In this document: positions 1-9,681 of the stretch, in pieces
How the letters are laid out: every line of letters starts with the position of its first letter
Numbering within the stretch: the first letter of the stretch is position 1
Source: Bacteroidota bacterium
GTDB lineage: Bacteria; Bacteroidota; Bacteroidia; J057; RFSG01
Reading direction: 5' to 3'
Assembly (NCBI GenBank): GCA_947459115.1
Contig: CANHCC010000003.1
Coordinates: 1 to 38,084, forward strand
Length of the DNA stretch: 38,084 nucleotides
The notes under the pieces: model-generated
Seen by the model: only the letters and a program-made list of their open reading frames with translations
The model's database searches: none
What the model was told of the DNA's origin: nothing
Position numbers and translations under genes: made by a program

Positions 1-21
1 ACAAACATAGGGAATCGCTCG

Positions 22-153
22 GCTTGGTGCAAGTATCCGCTTGGTGCAAGCCCCTGCTTGGTGCAAGCCCCTGCTTGGTGCAAGCCCCTGCTTGGTGCAA
101 GCCCCTGCTTGGTGCAAGCCCCTGCTTGGTGCAAGCATCCGCTTGGTGCAAGC
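22..153. repeat. Tandem array of 8 REP-like mini-hairpins GCTTG-GTG-CAAGC (17-bp period, 4-nt spacers ATCC/CCCT)
   Basis: Units start at 22, 39, 56, 73, 90, 107, 124 and 141 (first unit ends in T instead of C). The array lies directly upstream of a Y1 HUH transposase gene. Confidence 0.95.
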
Positions 154-165
154 GATGCATTTGTC

Positions 166-198
166 CTTGCGTTCCCCATACCCCATGTCGTATGTTTG
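166..198 (+). promoter_or_regulatory. Putative Bacteroidota primary-sigma promoter for RAYT1 (CTTG-N21-TATGTTTG)
   Basis: TAnnTTTG -7 match at 191-198; TTG-type -33 element at 166-169. Confidence 0.5.
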
Positions 199-223
199 CC
201 AGAAACACTAAAACTAAATACTT

Positions 224-937
224 ATGAAAAAAACAGTTGAATTCAAACCCGGGCTTTTTTACCACGAAGTTTTAAAAGCCAATTCTGATGGAATCCTATT
301 CAGGGATGCAGAAGACCGAAATTTCTTTCTCAACAAAATCCGAGCCTTCATCCTGCCCTGCTGTGAGGTCTGGGCTTATGTGATCTTGGGAAATCATGTC
401 CATTTGTTACTTAGGCCGCATCCCAAAGAAATCTTGGCCCGGCTTCCGTTGCAATTACACTTGCTGGATTTAGATTTGAGCATCGCAAATCTAAAAGAAT
501 ACCTGCAAAAGGATTTTAACTTAAGGCCACCTTACGCACTGAAGCCTTTTCAAGGCTCGATTCACTTCCAGATTCGGTATTGCATCAGAAGTATTAAACA
601 TTCCTACGACCAGTATTCCAAAAGAAAATACGAAACCAAAGGAGTGTTATGGTCCAGAGATAAGTTCACCAAAGAACTACCAACCGTTGAAGACATTGCT
701 CGAACGGTTCTGTATATTCATAAAAATCCGGTGTTTCATGGAATGGTGGATCAGCCAGAGGATTGGCAGCATTCCTCTTACCATGAAATCTTGGGAGGAG
801 AAAATCGAATGGTCATGCGGGAAGATGTTTTGAGTTTATTTAGAAATGAAGAGACCTTTCAAAGAGAACACTTTGCGACGGCTTCTGAGTTTGGGAGAAA
901 ACCCTCTCAGCAAAAAGTAGCCTTGCTAAATCGGTAA
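224..937 (+). CDS. REP-associated tyrosine transposase (HUH/Y1, IS200/IS605 TnpA superfamily), RAYT1
   Basis: YH..K/R N-terminal motif, LF.D..D...FL, AYVILGNHVHLL (HUH H58-V-H60), YIHKNPV (candidate catalytic Y164) and W.HSSY. Flanked on both sides by hairpin repeats. Confidence 0.85.
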   Translation: MKKTVEFKPGLFYHEVLKANSDGILFRDAEDRNFFLNKIRAFILPCCEVWAYVILGNHVHLLLRPHPKEILARLPLQLHLLDLDLSIANLKEYLQKDFNLRPPYALKPFQGSIHFQIRYCIRSIKHSYDQYSKRKYETKGVLWSRDKFTKELPTVEDIARTVLYIHKNPVFHGMVDQPEDWQHSSYHEILGGENRMVMREDVLSLFRNEETFQREHFATASEFGRKPSQQKVALLNR

Positions 938-950
938 TTAGAAAGTTACC

Positions 951-980
951 GCTTGGTGCAAGCCTCCGCTTGGTGCAAGC
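951..980. repeat. Two copies of GCTTGGTGCAAGC (spacer CTCC)
   Basis: Copies at 951-963 and 968-980, 13 nt after the RAYT1 stop codon. Confidence 0.95.
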
Positions 981-994
981 CAAAACTAACCTTC

Positions 995-1068
995 TGTCAC
1001 CCCACTGTCAGATTTATTGTCATCCTGTCAGGTTTTAGAAGTAAAATCCATTGTGGCACATTATTCGA
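995..1068 (+). promoter_or_regulatory. groESL control region: four TGTCA boxes plus a sigma54-like TGGCAC element (GG-N10-GA)
   Basis: TGTCA at 995, 1006, 1018 and 1026; TGGCAC at 1054-1059. No CIRCE element is present. Confidence 0.45.
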
Positions 1069-1106
1069 TAAGGGCAGGAAAACTAATTTTTTAGGAGGAA
1101 ATTAAC

Positions 1107-1382
1107 ATGTCAGTAAAAATCACACCATTAGCGGACAGAGTGCTGGTGGAACCCGCACCTGCCGAGGAAAAAACCGCTTCCGGAATCATTATCCCCGATA
1201 CGGCTAAAGAAAAGCCCCAAAAAGGCGTTGTTATCGCTGTGGGTCCAGGTAAAAAAGATGAACCTACCACTGTGAAAGTCGGAAATACTGTCCTTTATGG
1301 CAAATATTCCGGCACAGAAATCTCCGTTGAAGGGAAAGATTACCTCATCATGCGGGAGTCTGATATTTACGCAATAGTTTAA
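1107..1382 (+). CDS. groES: Co-chaperonin GroES
   Basis: [27 protein letters not shown] and GKYSGTEI motifs; AGGAGG at 1093-1098. Confidence 0.99.
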   Translation: MSVKITPLADRVLVEPAPAEEKTASGIIIPDTAKEKPQKGVVIAVGPGKKDEPTTVKVGNTVLYGKYSGTEISVEGKDYLIMRESDIYAIV

Positions 1383-3065
<1,683 letters not shown>

Positions 3066-3089
3066 TTCTGCCAGACAGATAGAAAAAAG

Positions 3090-3123
3090 AAAGGCGTCTC
3101 GAAAGGGGCGCCTTTTTTGTTTT
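3090..3123 (+). terminator. Intrinsic terminator of groESL
   Basis: AAGGCGTCTC-GAAA-GGGGCGCCTT hairpin (G-U pairs valid on the + strand) followed by a T-run. Confidence 0.85.
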
Positions 3124-3157
3124 GAGGCAAAAATGCTAATTTGAGATTGCGATTAAT

Positions 3158-3189
3158 ATTGGGCAATCAGAAAGGAATTCTTATATTTG
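3158..3189 (+). promoter_or_regulatory. Putative Bacteroidota primary-sigma promoter (ATTG-N20-TATATTTG)
   Basis: Matches the -33/-7 consensus spacing upstream of the ORF at 3238. Confidence 0.5.
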
Positions 3190-3237
3190 ATAGATAGAAT
3201 TCAACTACTGGAGATGGGGCATATCTGAACTTATAGA

Positions 3238-4776
3238 ATGCGCAATAGACTAAACCATACCATCAGGCTCGGGATATTTGTAATTGTATCCCTTCAATCA
3301 CTTTATGGCCAGTATGAAGATAGAAACTGGGTTTTTAATGTAAACCAGGGATTGAAATTTTTGCCGGACGGGAATGTTTCATTTTTTAGTTCTCTATTGA
3401 ATGATTCTATTTGGGATGGTTTTTCTCAAGCTTGCATTAGTAACCAAACTGGTGATTTGATGTTTTATTCAGGCACCCATGACTCTATTCCTCAACCATC
3501 AACTTCATTTAATTTCTTATTTGACAGAAATCATCAATATGTAAAGAACTCATTTAATCTATCTTCCTGGAGTGGGCAAACTCTGATTTTACCAGCAGAT
3601 ACGATTGAGCGTTTTTATCACTATTTTCATCAAACTTTATATGGGGCTCCTGAAGGCAGACCATTGTTCTACTCAGAAATTGATGCTTGGGGTAATGGGG
3701 GGTTAGGAGAAATTACATCTAATAAAAATATCAGAATATTTATCAATCCTACAGTAACAAATTTTACTTCTGTAAAACATGCCAACGGAAGAGATTGGTG
3801 GGTAATTGCTCATGAATATGGTACTAATCAATTTTTGATACTAAACACGGTACCAGGTGGTAATCATATCAAAAAATATCAATCAATAGGAGAAGTTTTT
3901 GGAAAATATGATAATGGAGGCTGGGGGAGTGGAGGGGGTGGAATTGGACGATTTGTTTTCAGTAAAAATGGTGAAAAATTAATTACATTATGTTTAGATG
4001 GTACAATTGATTTTTTTAATTTCGATAGATGTAATGGTATATTTAGCAACTACCGGAACATTAGACAGGGTACTATTGTTGGAACTGGAAATATTATTAT
4101 TTACGATGCATGCTTATCTCCTAACGGTAGATTTTTGTACACTTTAGGAGTCAATCCAATTTCTTCTAATAGATGCTATATAGACCAATATGATTTAAAT
4201 GCAGATGATATTTTAGCTAGCAGGGTTATTTTATATACTTCACCACACTTAAATGTTGAATTATACGGTATCTCATTAGCACCTAACGATAAGATATATT
4301 TTACAAAGAAAAATTCTGCACCTACTCCCAATTCTTTTCCAGGTCAGGATTATTTAGGTGTCATTCATCAGCCAGATAATAAAGGTTCGTTGTGTAATCT
4401 TGACTTGTATGGATTATACCTAAATGGAGGTAAATCTTCTTTGTCACTCCCACATATTCCTAACTTTCATTTAGGCCCTGTTGATGGAAGTATTTGTGAT
4501 TCGTTGGGTATTGATGCTGTTTCCTCATCGCCTCAATATACAACTCGTGAGAATAATATTTTAATTTATCCCAATCCTAATGAATATCTAAATTCAAAAC
4601 TTACAATCAATTATCCATCTTCAATTTACCATGTTATTATTTACGATGTAACAGGAAAATCCATCTGGGAACATATTGATGAAAATACTATTATTAATTT
4701 ACCAGAAAACCTAAATTCTGGAATGTATCGCGTGGTAGTATCGGGTGTTGGGAGTATAAATTGGATTGTAAATTAA
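3238..4776 (+). CDS. Secreted beta-propeller-like protein with T9SS type A C-terminal sorting domain
   Basis: Signal peptide, KHANGRDWWV motif, propeller-type repeats (FSKNG, LSPNG, LAPNDKIY) and C-terminal IYPNP...IYDVTGK...LNSGMY. Visibly AT-rich. Confidence 0.8.
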   Translation: MRNRLNHTIRLGIFVIVSLQSLYGQYEDRNWVFNVNQGLKFLPDGNVSFFSSLLNDSIWDGFSQACISNQTGDLMFYSGTHDSIPQPSTSFNFLFDRNHQYVKNSFNLSSWSGQTLILPADTIERFYHYFHQTLYGAPEGRPLFYSEIDAWGNGGLGEITSNKNIRIFINPTVTNFTSVKHANGRDWWVIAHEYGTNQFLILNTVPGGNHIKKYQSIGEVFGKYDNGGWGSGGGGIGRFVFSKNGEKLITLCLDGTIDFFNFDRCNGIFSNYRNIRQGTIVGTGNIIIYDACLSPNGRFLYTLGVNPISSNRCYIDQYDLNADDILASRVILYTSPHLNVELYGISLAPNDKIYFTKKNSAPTPNSFPGQDYLGVIHQPDNKGSLCNLDLYGLYLNGGKSSLSLPHIPNFHLGPVDGSICDSLGIDAVSSSPQYTTRENNILIYPNPNEYLNSKLTINYPSSIYHVIIYDVTGKSIWEHIDENTIINLPENLNSGMYRVVVSGVGSINWIVN

Positions 4777-5114
4777 TATATGTAATAAAGAATATTGTTA
4801 TTAAATATACTAACGGCCCTCGCATAAGTCAGTAAATACAATATCTCCCATTCCAAATTCATAGATTAACTTTAACCCCACCACATTAGATTGACTCTTA
4901 ATCTAACTTCAGAAAATACCGCCAAATTCTATAGTAGGAAATCGAATTAATATTTACCGATTTCAAAATATAGATTAATTGATTATCAATAAAATAACCT
5001 CCCTCTTTTCGGACATCTTTCCTACCCCCTTGCCTTTCCCTCTACCATGGGTTTAAATTAGTATAAACAACACATTTGAATCTACTGATTTAACCAATCG
5101 CCTTTCTCAAAACC

Positions 5115-5783
5115 ATGGCAGAAAAATATCAAAATAAATATCGCATCCCATCTATTCGCCTTCAAAACTGGGATTACCGCAGGGCAGGGGGTTACTTCAT
5201 CACGATCTGCACCAAGGGAAGACAACATTATTTTGGCCAAATACGAAATAAAAAAATGCATCTATCCCAGGTGGGTGTTATTGCAGATCTACTCTGGCAT
5301 GAAATTAAAAACCATTCCAAAAATGTAATCCTTGGGGAATTTGTGGTGATGCCAGATCACATTCATGGGATATTGATATTGACGGGGGATGGCGGCGATG
5401 CCAGGGATGGCAGGGATGCCGGGGATGCCGGGGATGCCGGCCCTGCACAGACAGGGCATGCGGTACAGACAGGGCATGCCCTGTCTCTTCCGCATGCCCC
5501 ATCCCCATCGCAATCGCAATCCCCATCCCCATCCCAATCCCAATCCCCACCCCCTATCGGCCGACAACGCTACCAAAACATCGGGAAAAATTCCGTTTCC
5601 TCTATTATCGGCAGCTACAAATCTGCGGTAACGAAACACGCCAATCGGCTGGGTTTTGAATTCGGATGGCAACCCCTGTTTTACGAAAGCATAGCCCGAG
5701 ACCCGGAATCGCTTGAACGAATTTCTCGATACATTCGAAACAACCCCATAAAATGGAAAGAAGACAATTTTTATAAAAAATAA
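5115..5783 (+). CDS. REP-associated tyrosine transposase (HUH/Y1), RAYT2, with an in-frame REP/microsatellite insert
   Basis: SIRLQNWDY...GGYFITICT, FVVMPDHIHGIL (H82-I-H84), IIGSYKSAVT, WQPLFYE and RYIRNNP (Y206). Confidence 0.9.
   Translation: MAEKYQNKYRIPSIRLQNWDYRRAGGYFITICTKGRQHYFGQIRNKKMHLSQVGVIADLLWHEIKNHSKNVILGEFVVMPDHIHGILILTGDGGDARDGRDAGDAGDAGPAQTGHAVQTGHALSLPHAPSPSQSQSPSPSQSQSPPPIGRQRYQNIGKNSVSSIIGSYKSAVTKHANRLGFEFGWQPLFYESIARDPESLERISRYIRNNPIKWKEDNFYKK
5385..5550. repeat. Intragenic cassette: 6x 9-bp (RGGGATGSC), REP half-copy, REP (5463-5490), 9x 6-bp (CCCCAT-like)
   Basis: Read directly from sequence; translates as GDG/DAG repeats, VQTGHALSL and PS/QS repeats. Confidence 0.9.
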
Positions 5784-5851
5784 TGAAAATATCAGGGGAT
5801 AATATTTAAAACATGGCCAATCCGGATGATGGCGCCATGATGCATTATGCG

Positions 5852-5995
5852 GGATCATCACGCATAAACGGATCATCCTGCATGCACGGATTATCATGCA
5901 TGCCTGGATAATCATGCATGCTTGCATAATCATGCATGCCTGGATAATCACGCATGCCTGGATAATCATGCATGCCTGGATAATCATGCATGCCC
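5852..5995. repeat. 8x 18-bp tandem repeat GGATAATCATGCATGCCT
   Basis: Units start at 5852, 5870, 5888, 5906, 5924, 5942, 5960 and 5978; the two most distal units are the most degenerate. Confidence 0.9.
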
Positions 5996-6023
5996 GTACA
6001 GACAGGGCATGCCCTGTCTCTAC
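5996..6023 (-). repeat. GTAG-type REP palindrome GTAGAGACAGGGCATGCCCTGTCTGTAC
   Basis: 28-bp near-perfect palindrome with a 5' GTAG on the minus strand; matches the intragenic copy at 5463-5490 at all but one base. Confidence 0.9.
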
Positions 6024-6111
6024 CCGCATATCCCACATATCTGGCATATCCCCAATCCCCATACCCATACCCAACATTTTCCCATAAATTTGCATCACAT
6101 TCAAAATCCGC

Positions 6112-7275
6112 ATGAACCTATCCCACATCCTCTTCGAACTGGGCGAAGACCGCGAAAATTATAAAAATGCCGTAAGCCCTCCGGTTTTCCAATCTTCAAA
6201 TTTCTGCTTCAACTCCGTTGAAGAAATGCGATCCAAACTCGCAGAGGAGATGGACTACCCCTTCTACACGCGTGGGCATAATCCAACGGTAGCGATTCTT
6301 CGTAAGAAACTGGCAGCACTGGAAGGAACAGAAGATGCCCTCGTATTTGGTAGTGGTAGCGCTGCGGTTGCGGCTGCCGTTCTTTCTCAGGTGAAATCCG
6401 GGGATCATATTGTTTCCGTCAAAAATCCCTACTCCTGGACAAACAAACTGTTCAATCGTTACCTCAAAAGATTTGGCGTGGAAACGACTTTCGTGGATGG
6501 CACAGACGCTGAAAATTATCGAAAAGCCATACGCCCTGAAACCAAAATCTTATACCTGGAAAGTCCAAATTCTTTCTCCTTCGAACTACAGGATATTGAG
6601 GCAGTGGTAAAAATTGCCCAAACCCATAATTGCGTCACCATCCTGGATAACTCCTACTCTACCCCACTCCACCAAAACGCTTCTGACATGGGCGTAGATA
6701 TAATTGTTCACTCGGCTACTAAGTATTTAAATGGTCATAGCGATGTCGTAGCAGGCTTATTATGTTGTAATCGAAAAATCGCAGAACATATTTTCGAAAC
6801 GGAATATATGAATACGGGGGGCATCCTATCGCCGCATGATGCCTGGCTCATGATACGGGGCTTGCGCACCTTGCCTTTACGTTTAAAACAAAGTACAGCG
6901 TCCACACATTGGTTACTGGAACAATTAGAAAAGCATCCAAAAGTCGAACGAATTCATTATCCTTTACATCCGAGTCACCCCCAATTTAAATTAGCACAGA
7001 AACAAATGACAGGAGCCGGAGGATTATTTTCGTTGACCCTCAAGGTCCATACACCAGAAGAAATTGATAAATTTTGTAATGCACTCCAACATTTTCTGAT
7101 TGCCTGTTCCTGGGGAGGCCATGAATCATTAGTATTTCCCGTAGCAGGACTATGTGATTCGGCTAATTATAGCACCTCACCACACCCTTGGAATATGGTA
7201 AGATTTTATATTGGCCTCGAAGAAAAAGAATATCTACTGCACGATATTGAACAAGCGCTCACACAATTAAAATAA
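6112..7275 (+). CDS. PLP-dependent trans-sulfuration enzyme (cystathionine beta-lyase/gamma-synthase, methionine gamma-lyase family)
   Basis: YTRGHNPT, YLESP, DNSYSTP, HSATKYLNGHSD (PLP lysine), SWGGHESL and RFYIGLE. Confidence 0.92.
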   Translation: MNLSHILFELGEDRENYKNAVSPPVFQSSNFCFNSVEEMRSKLAEEMDYPFYTRGHNPTVAILRKKLAALEGTEDALVFGSGSAAVAAAVLSQVKSGDHIVSVKNPYSWTNKLFNRYLKRFGVETTFVDGTDAENYRKAIRPETKILYLESPNSFSFELQDIEAVVKIAQTHNCVTILDNSYSTPLHQNASDMGVDIIVHSATKYLNGHSDVVAGLLCCNRKIAEHIFETEYMNTGGILSPHDAWLMIRGLRTLPLRLKQSTASTHWLLEQLEKHPKVERIHYPLHPSHPQFKLAQKQMTGAGGLFSLTLKVHTPEEIDKFCNALQHFLIACSWGGHESLVFPVAGLCDSANYSTSPHPWNMVRFYIGLEEKEYLLHDIEQALTQLK

Positions 7276-7323
7276 TAAGGCATTTAAACTCAATTATTGA
7301 ACAATACTCATACAACTAAAAGA

Positions 7324-8424
7324 ATGGCTCTGATAAAACTCAAGTATAACACCTATCTAATTATCGGCGCCATCCTATTGGGGGTTTCCTGTAAGCCGAA
7401 ATACGAATCCACGGAGGTACAAATGGAAGATATTACAGAAGCTGTATATGCATCCGGCATCATTAAAAGTAATAACCAATATAAAGTATATTCTACTGTT
7501 AATGGCATCATTGAGGAAGTATTAGTATCTGAAGGGGATAGCGTAAAAAAAGGCGATGTCTTATTTATTCTGAAAAGCGAAGCAACAAAATTAAATACAG
7601 AAAATGCGGCCTTAAATAAAGAATTTACAAGTTCAAATATAAATGGTGAAAAATTAGAAGAATGCAGAAATCAAGTTGAAATCGCATATAATAAAATGAT
7701 TCTAGATTCCATAAATATAGGTAGACAAAAAAAGCTATGGCAGCAGGAAATTGGCTCGAAATCCGAATTAGAACAAAAAGAATTAGTATATAATAATTCC
7801 CGAACAACTTATCTCACTGCATTAAATCAATATGAAGATTTAAAAAAGCAATTAAAGTTACAGGCAGATCAGGCGAAAAACATTTGGAAACTAAATGTAT
7901 CTCAATTAAAGGAATATGAAATTCGTGCAGCAAAAAATGGAATAATTTATGGGCTCTACATAGAAGCCGGAGAATGGGCGGGTCTTCAAAGAGAGCTGGC
8001 GCTTATTGGAGATGCGCATCAATTCATTCTTTCACTTCAGGTGGACGAACGGGATATTACCAAAATTCAAAAAAATCAGAAACTCTTTGTTTCGATGGAC
8101 AGCTATAAAAATCAAATATTTGAGGCCCTTGTTACAAAAATAAACCCAGCAATGAATGAGAAAAGTCGGACTTTCGAATTAGAAGCAACATTTATAAAAA
8201 GGCCTCCGGTATTGTATCCGAATTTAACGGCGGAAGCCAATATTATTATTTCAGAAAAACAAAATGTTCTGACCATTCCCAGAAATTATCTGGTGGCAGA
8301 CTCATTTGTATTATCTGAACATGGAGAAAAAATAAAAATTCATACCGGCTTAAAGGACTATCAAAAGGTTGAAGTATTAGAGGGGCTTAAACCCGGAGAA
8401 ATTATCCGGAAACCTCAACCATGA
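7324..8424 (+). CDS. Efflux periplasmic adaptor (HlyD/MacA-like membrane fusion lipoprotein)
   Basis: Lipobox LGVSC, VYASG, VSEGDSVKKGDVLF lipoyl half-motif, coiled coil and VDERDI. ATG at 7324 preferred over TTG at 7297. Confidence 0.88.
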   Translation: MALIKLKYNTYLIIGAILLGVSCKPKYESTEVQMEDITEAVYASGIIKSNNQYKVYSTVNGIIEEVLVSEGDSVKKGDVLFILKSEATKLNTENAALNKEFTSSNINGEKLEECRNQVEIAYNKMILDSINIGRQKKLWQQEIGSKSELEQKELVYNNSRTTYLTALNQYEDLKKQLKLQADQAKNIWKLNVSQLKEYEIRAAKNGIIYGLYIEAGEWAGLQRELALIGDAHQFILSLQVDERDITKIQKNQKLFVSMDSYKNQIFEALVTKINPAMNEKSRTFELEATFIKRPPVLYPNLTAEANIIISEKQNVLTIPRNYLVADSFVLSEHGEKIKIHTGLKDYQKVEVLEGLKPGEIIRKPQP

Positions 8425-9680
8425 AATATAAAATTCTGGGAGAAATAGCCATCGCTCTAATGAGGGCTAGATGGAAACAGACTTTTGTCGCGGCTATTGG
8501 TGTTTCGTTCAGCATTGCAATGTTTATTGCATTATTAGGATTCATGACGGGTCTTAATACTTTATTGGATGGAATTATGCTAAATCGCACCCCACATATT
8601 CGCATTTATAATGATATTAATCCTTCGGCTGTTCAACCTTTACAAAGGATAGCTGAATATAAAGATTCTTACCTGTTTTTACATTCTATACAGTCAAATG
8701 CCAATAGAGGTGAAATTTATAATGCTGGCCCTATTCTGGAAACCCTCCATAAAGATCCACGAGTTAAAGGAACCGCAAGTAAAATAATTGCAGCTGCCAT
8801 TTATCAATCCGGCAATATCAGCATGACAGGTCTAATTAATGGAATTGAAGCCTTAGAAGAATCTAAATATTTCTCCTTTGTCGATTATATTCGTACAGGT
8901 AATCCTGAAGATTTAGACATTGTCAGCAATAGCCTGTTTTTAGGTAGCGGCTTAGCCTCTCGCCTCGGTGTAGAAGTTGGTGAAAATATTCAGGTAACAA
9001 CAGCGAGTGGCGATCAGCTGCCGCTAAAAGTTATTGGAATCATACATACAGGGATTTCAGATTTGGATAAAACCCAAGGCTATGCTTCTCTGAAAACAGT
9101 TCAGAAGTTATTAGGCAAATCAAATTTATATATTACTGACATTCAAATTAAACTATGGAATATGAATTTAGCGCCGGAATTGGCAAAGGCATATGCGCAA
9201 TTGTTTGAAACCAATGCTGAAGACATTCAGACGGCAAATGCCCAATTTGAAACCGGGAGTTTTGTCCGAAGTTTAATTTCCTATGCTGTAGGAATCACGC
9301 TGCTGATTGTGGCAGGTTTTGGTATTTATAATATTTTAAATATGATGATTTATGAAAAAATGGATACGATAGCGATACTAAAGGCAACCGGATTTTCAGG
9401 TAAAGATGTGAAACAAATATTTATTGGCATTGCACTAACCATAGGAATTGTAGGCGGGATTTTGGGATTAATCAGCGGGTATTTAATTTCCTTATTAATT
9501 GATCAGATTCCATTTGAAACTGCTGCTTTACCTACTGTTAAAACATATCCTATTGATTACAATCCAATCTTTTATATTATCGGAATCAGTTTCGCGATAA
9601 TTACTACCTATCTGGCTGGATATTTTCCTTCCAGAAAGGCAAGTAAAATAGATCCTGTCATTATCATTCGAGGAAAATAA
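8421..9680 (+). CDS. ABC transporter permease (FtsX/LolCE/MacB-type)
   Basis: N-terminal TM, large periplasmic domain, IAILKATG, three C-terminal TMs and PSRKASKIDPV. ATGA overlap with the upstream gene. Confidence 0.9.
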   Translation: MKYKILGEIAIALMRARWKQTFVAAIGVSFSIAMFIALLGFMTGLNTLLDGIMLNRTPHIRIYNDINPSAVQPLQRIAEYKDSYLFLHSIQSNANRGEIYNAGPILETLHKDPRVKGTASKIIAAAIYQSGNISMTGLINGIEALEESKYFSFVDYIRTGNPEDLDIVSNSLFLGSGLASRLGVEVGENIQVTTASGDQLPLKVIGIIHTGISDLDKTQGYASLKTVQKLLGKSNLYITDIQIKLWNMNLAPELAKAYAQLFETNAEDIQTANAQFETGSFVRSLISYAVGITLLIVAGFGIYNILNMMIYEKMDTIAILKATGFSGKDVKQIFIGIALTIGIVGGILGLISGYLISLLIDQIPFETAALPTVKTYPIDYNPIFYIIGISFAIITTYLAGYFPSRKASKIDPVIIIRGK

Positions 9681-9681
9681 T

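Larger units (their letters stand above)
22..980 (+). mobile_element. RAYT1-REP locus (transposase flanked by cognate hairpin arrays)
   Basis: The same 13-bp palindrome occurs 8 times upstream and twice downstream of the HUH transposase. Confidence 0.7.

Noticed and set aside
22-153. Possible CRISPR array (also 27781-27928, 33614-33711 and 5852-5995)
   Set aside because: Repeats are 13-18 bp with 0-9-nt near-identical spacers. There are no unique spacers of about 30 nt and no cas genes.
24-240. Short repetitive ORFs 24-227 and 58-240
   Set aside because: Translations of the 17-bp DNA repeat (TTG starts); no independent coding evidence.
5115-5783. IS200/IS605 element with tnpB
   Set aside because: No TnpB/IscB ORF next to either Y1 transposase, and the motifs fit RAYT classes.
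5289-6164. Overlapping repeat-rich ORFs (279 aa on the minus strand and several of 63-81 aa)
   Set aside because: Open frames arise from stop-free microsatellites with periods divisible by 3; they overlap RAYT2 and the PLP enzyme.
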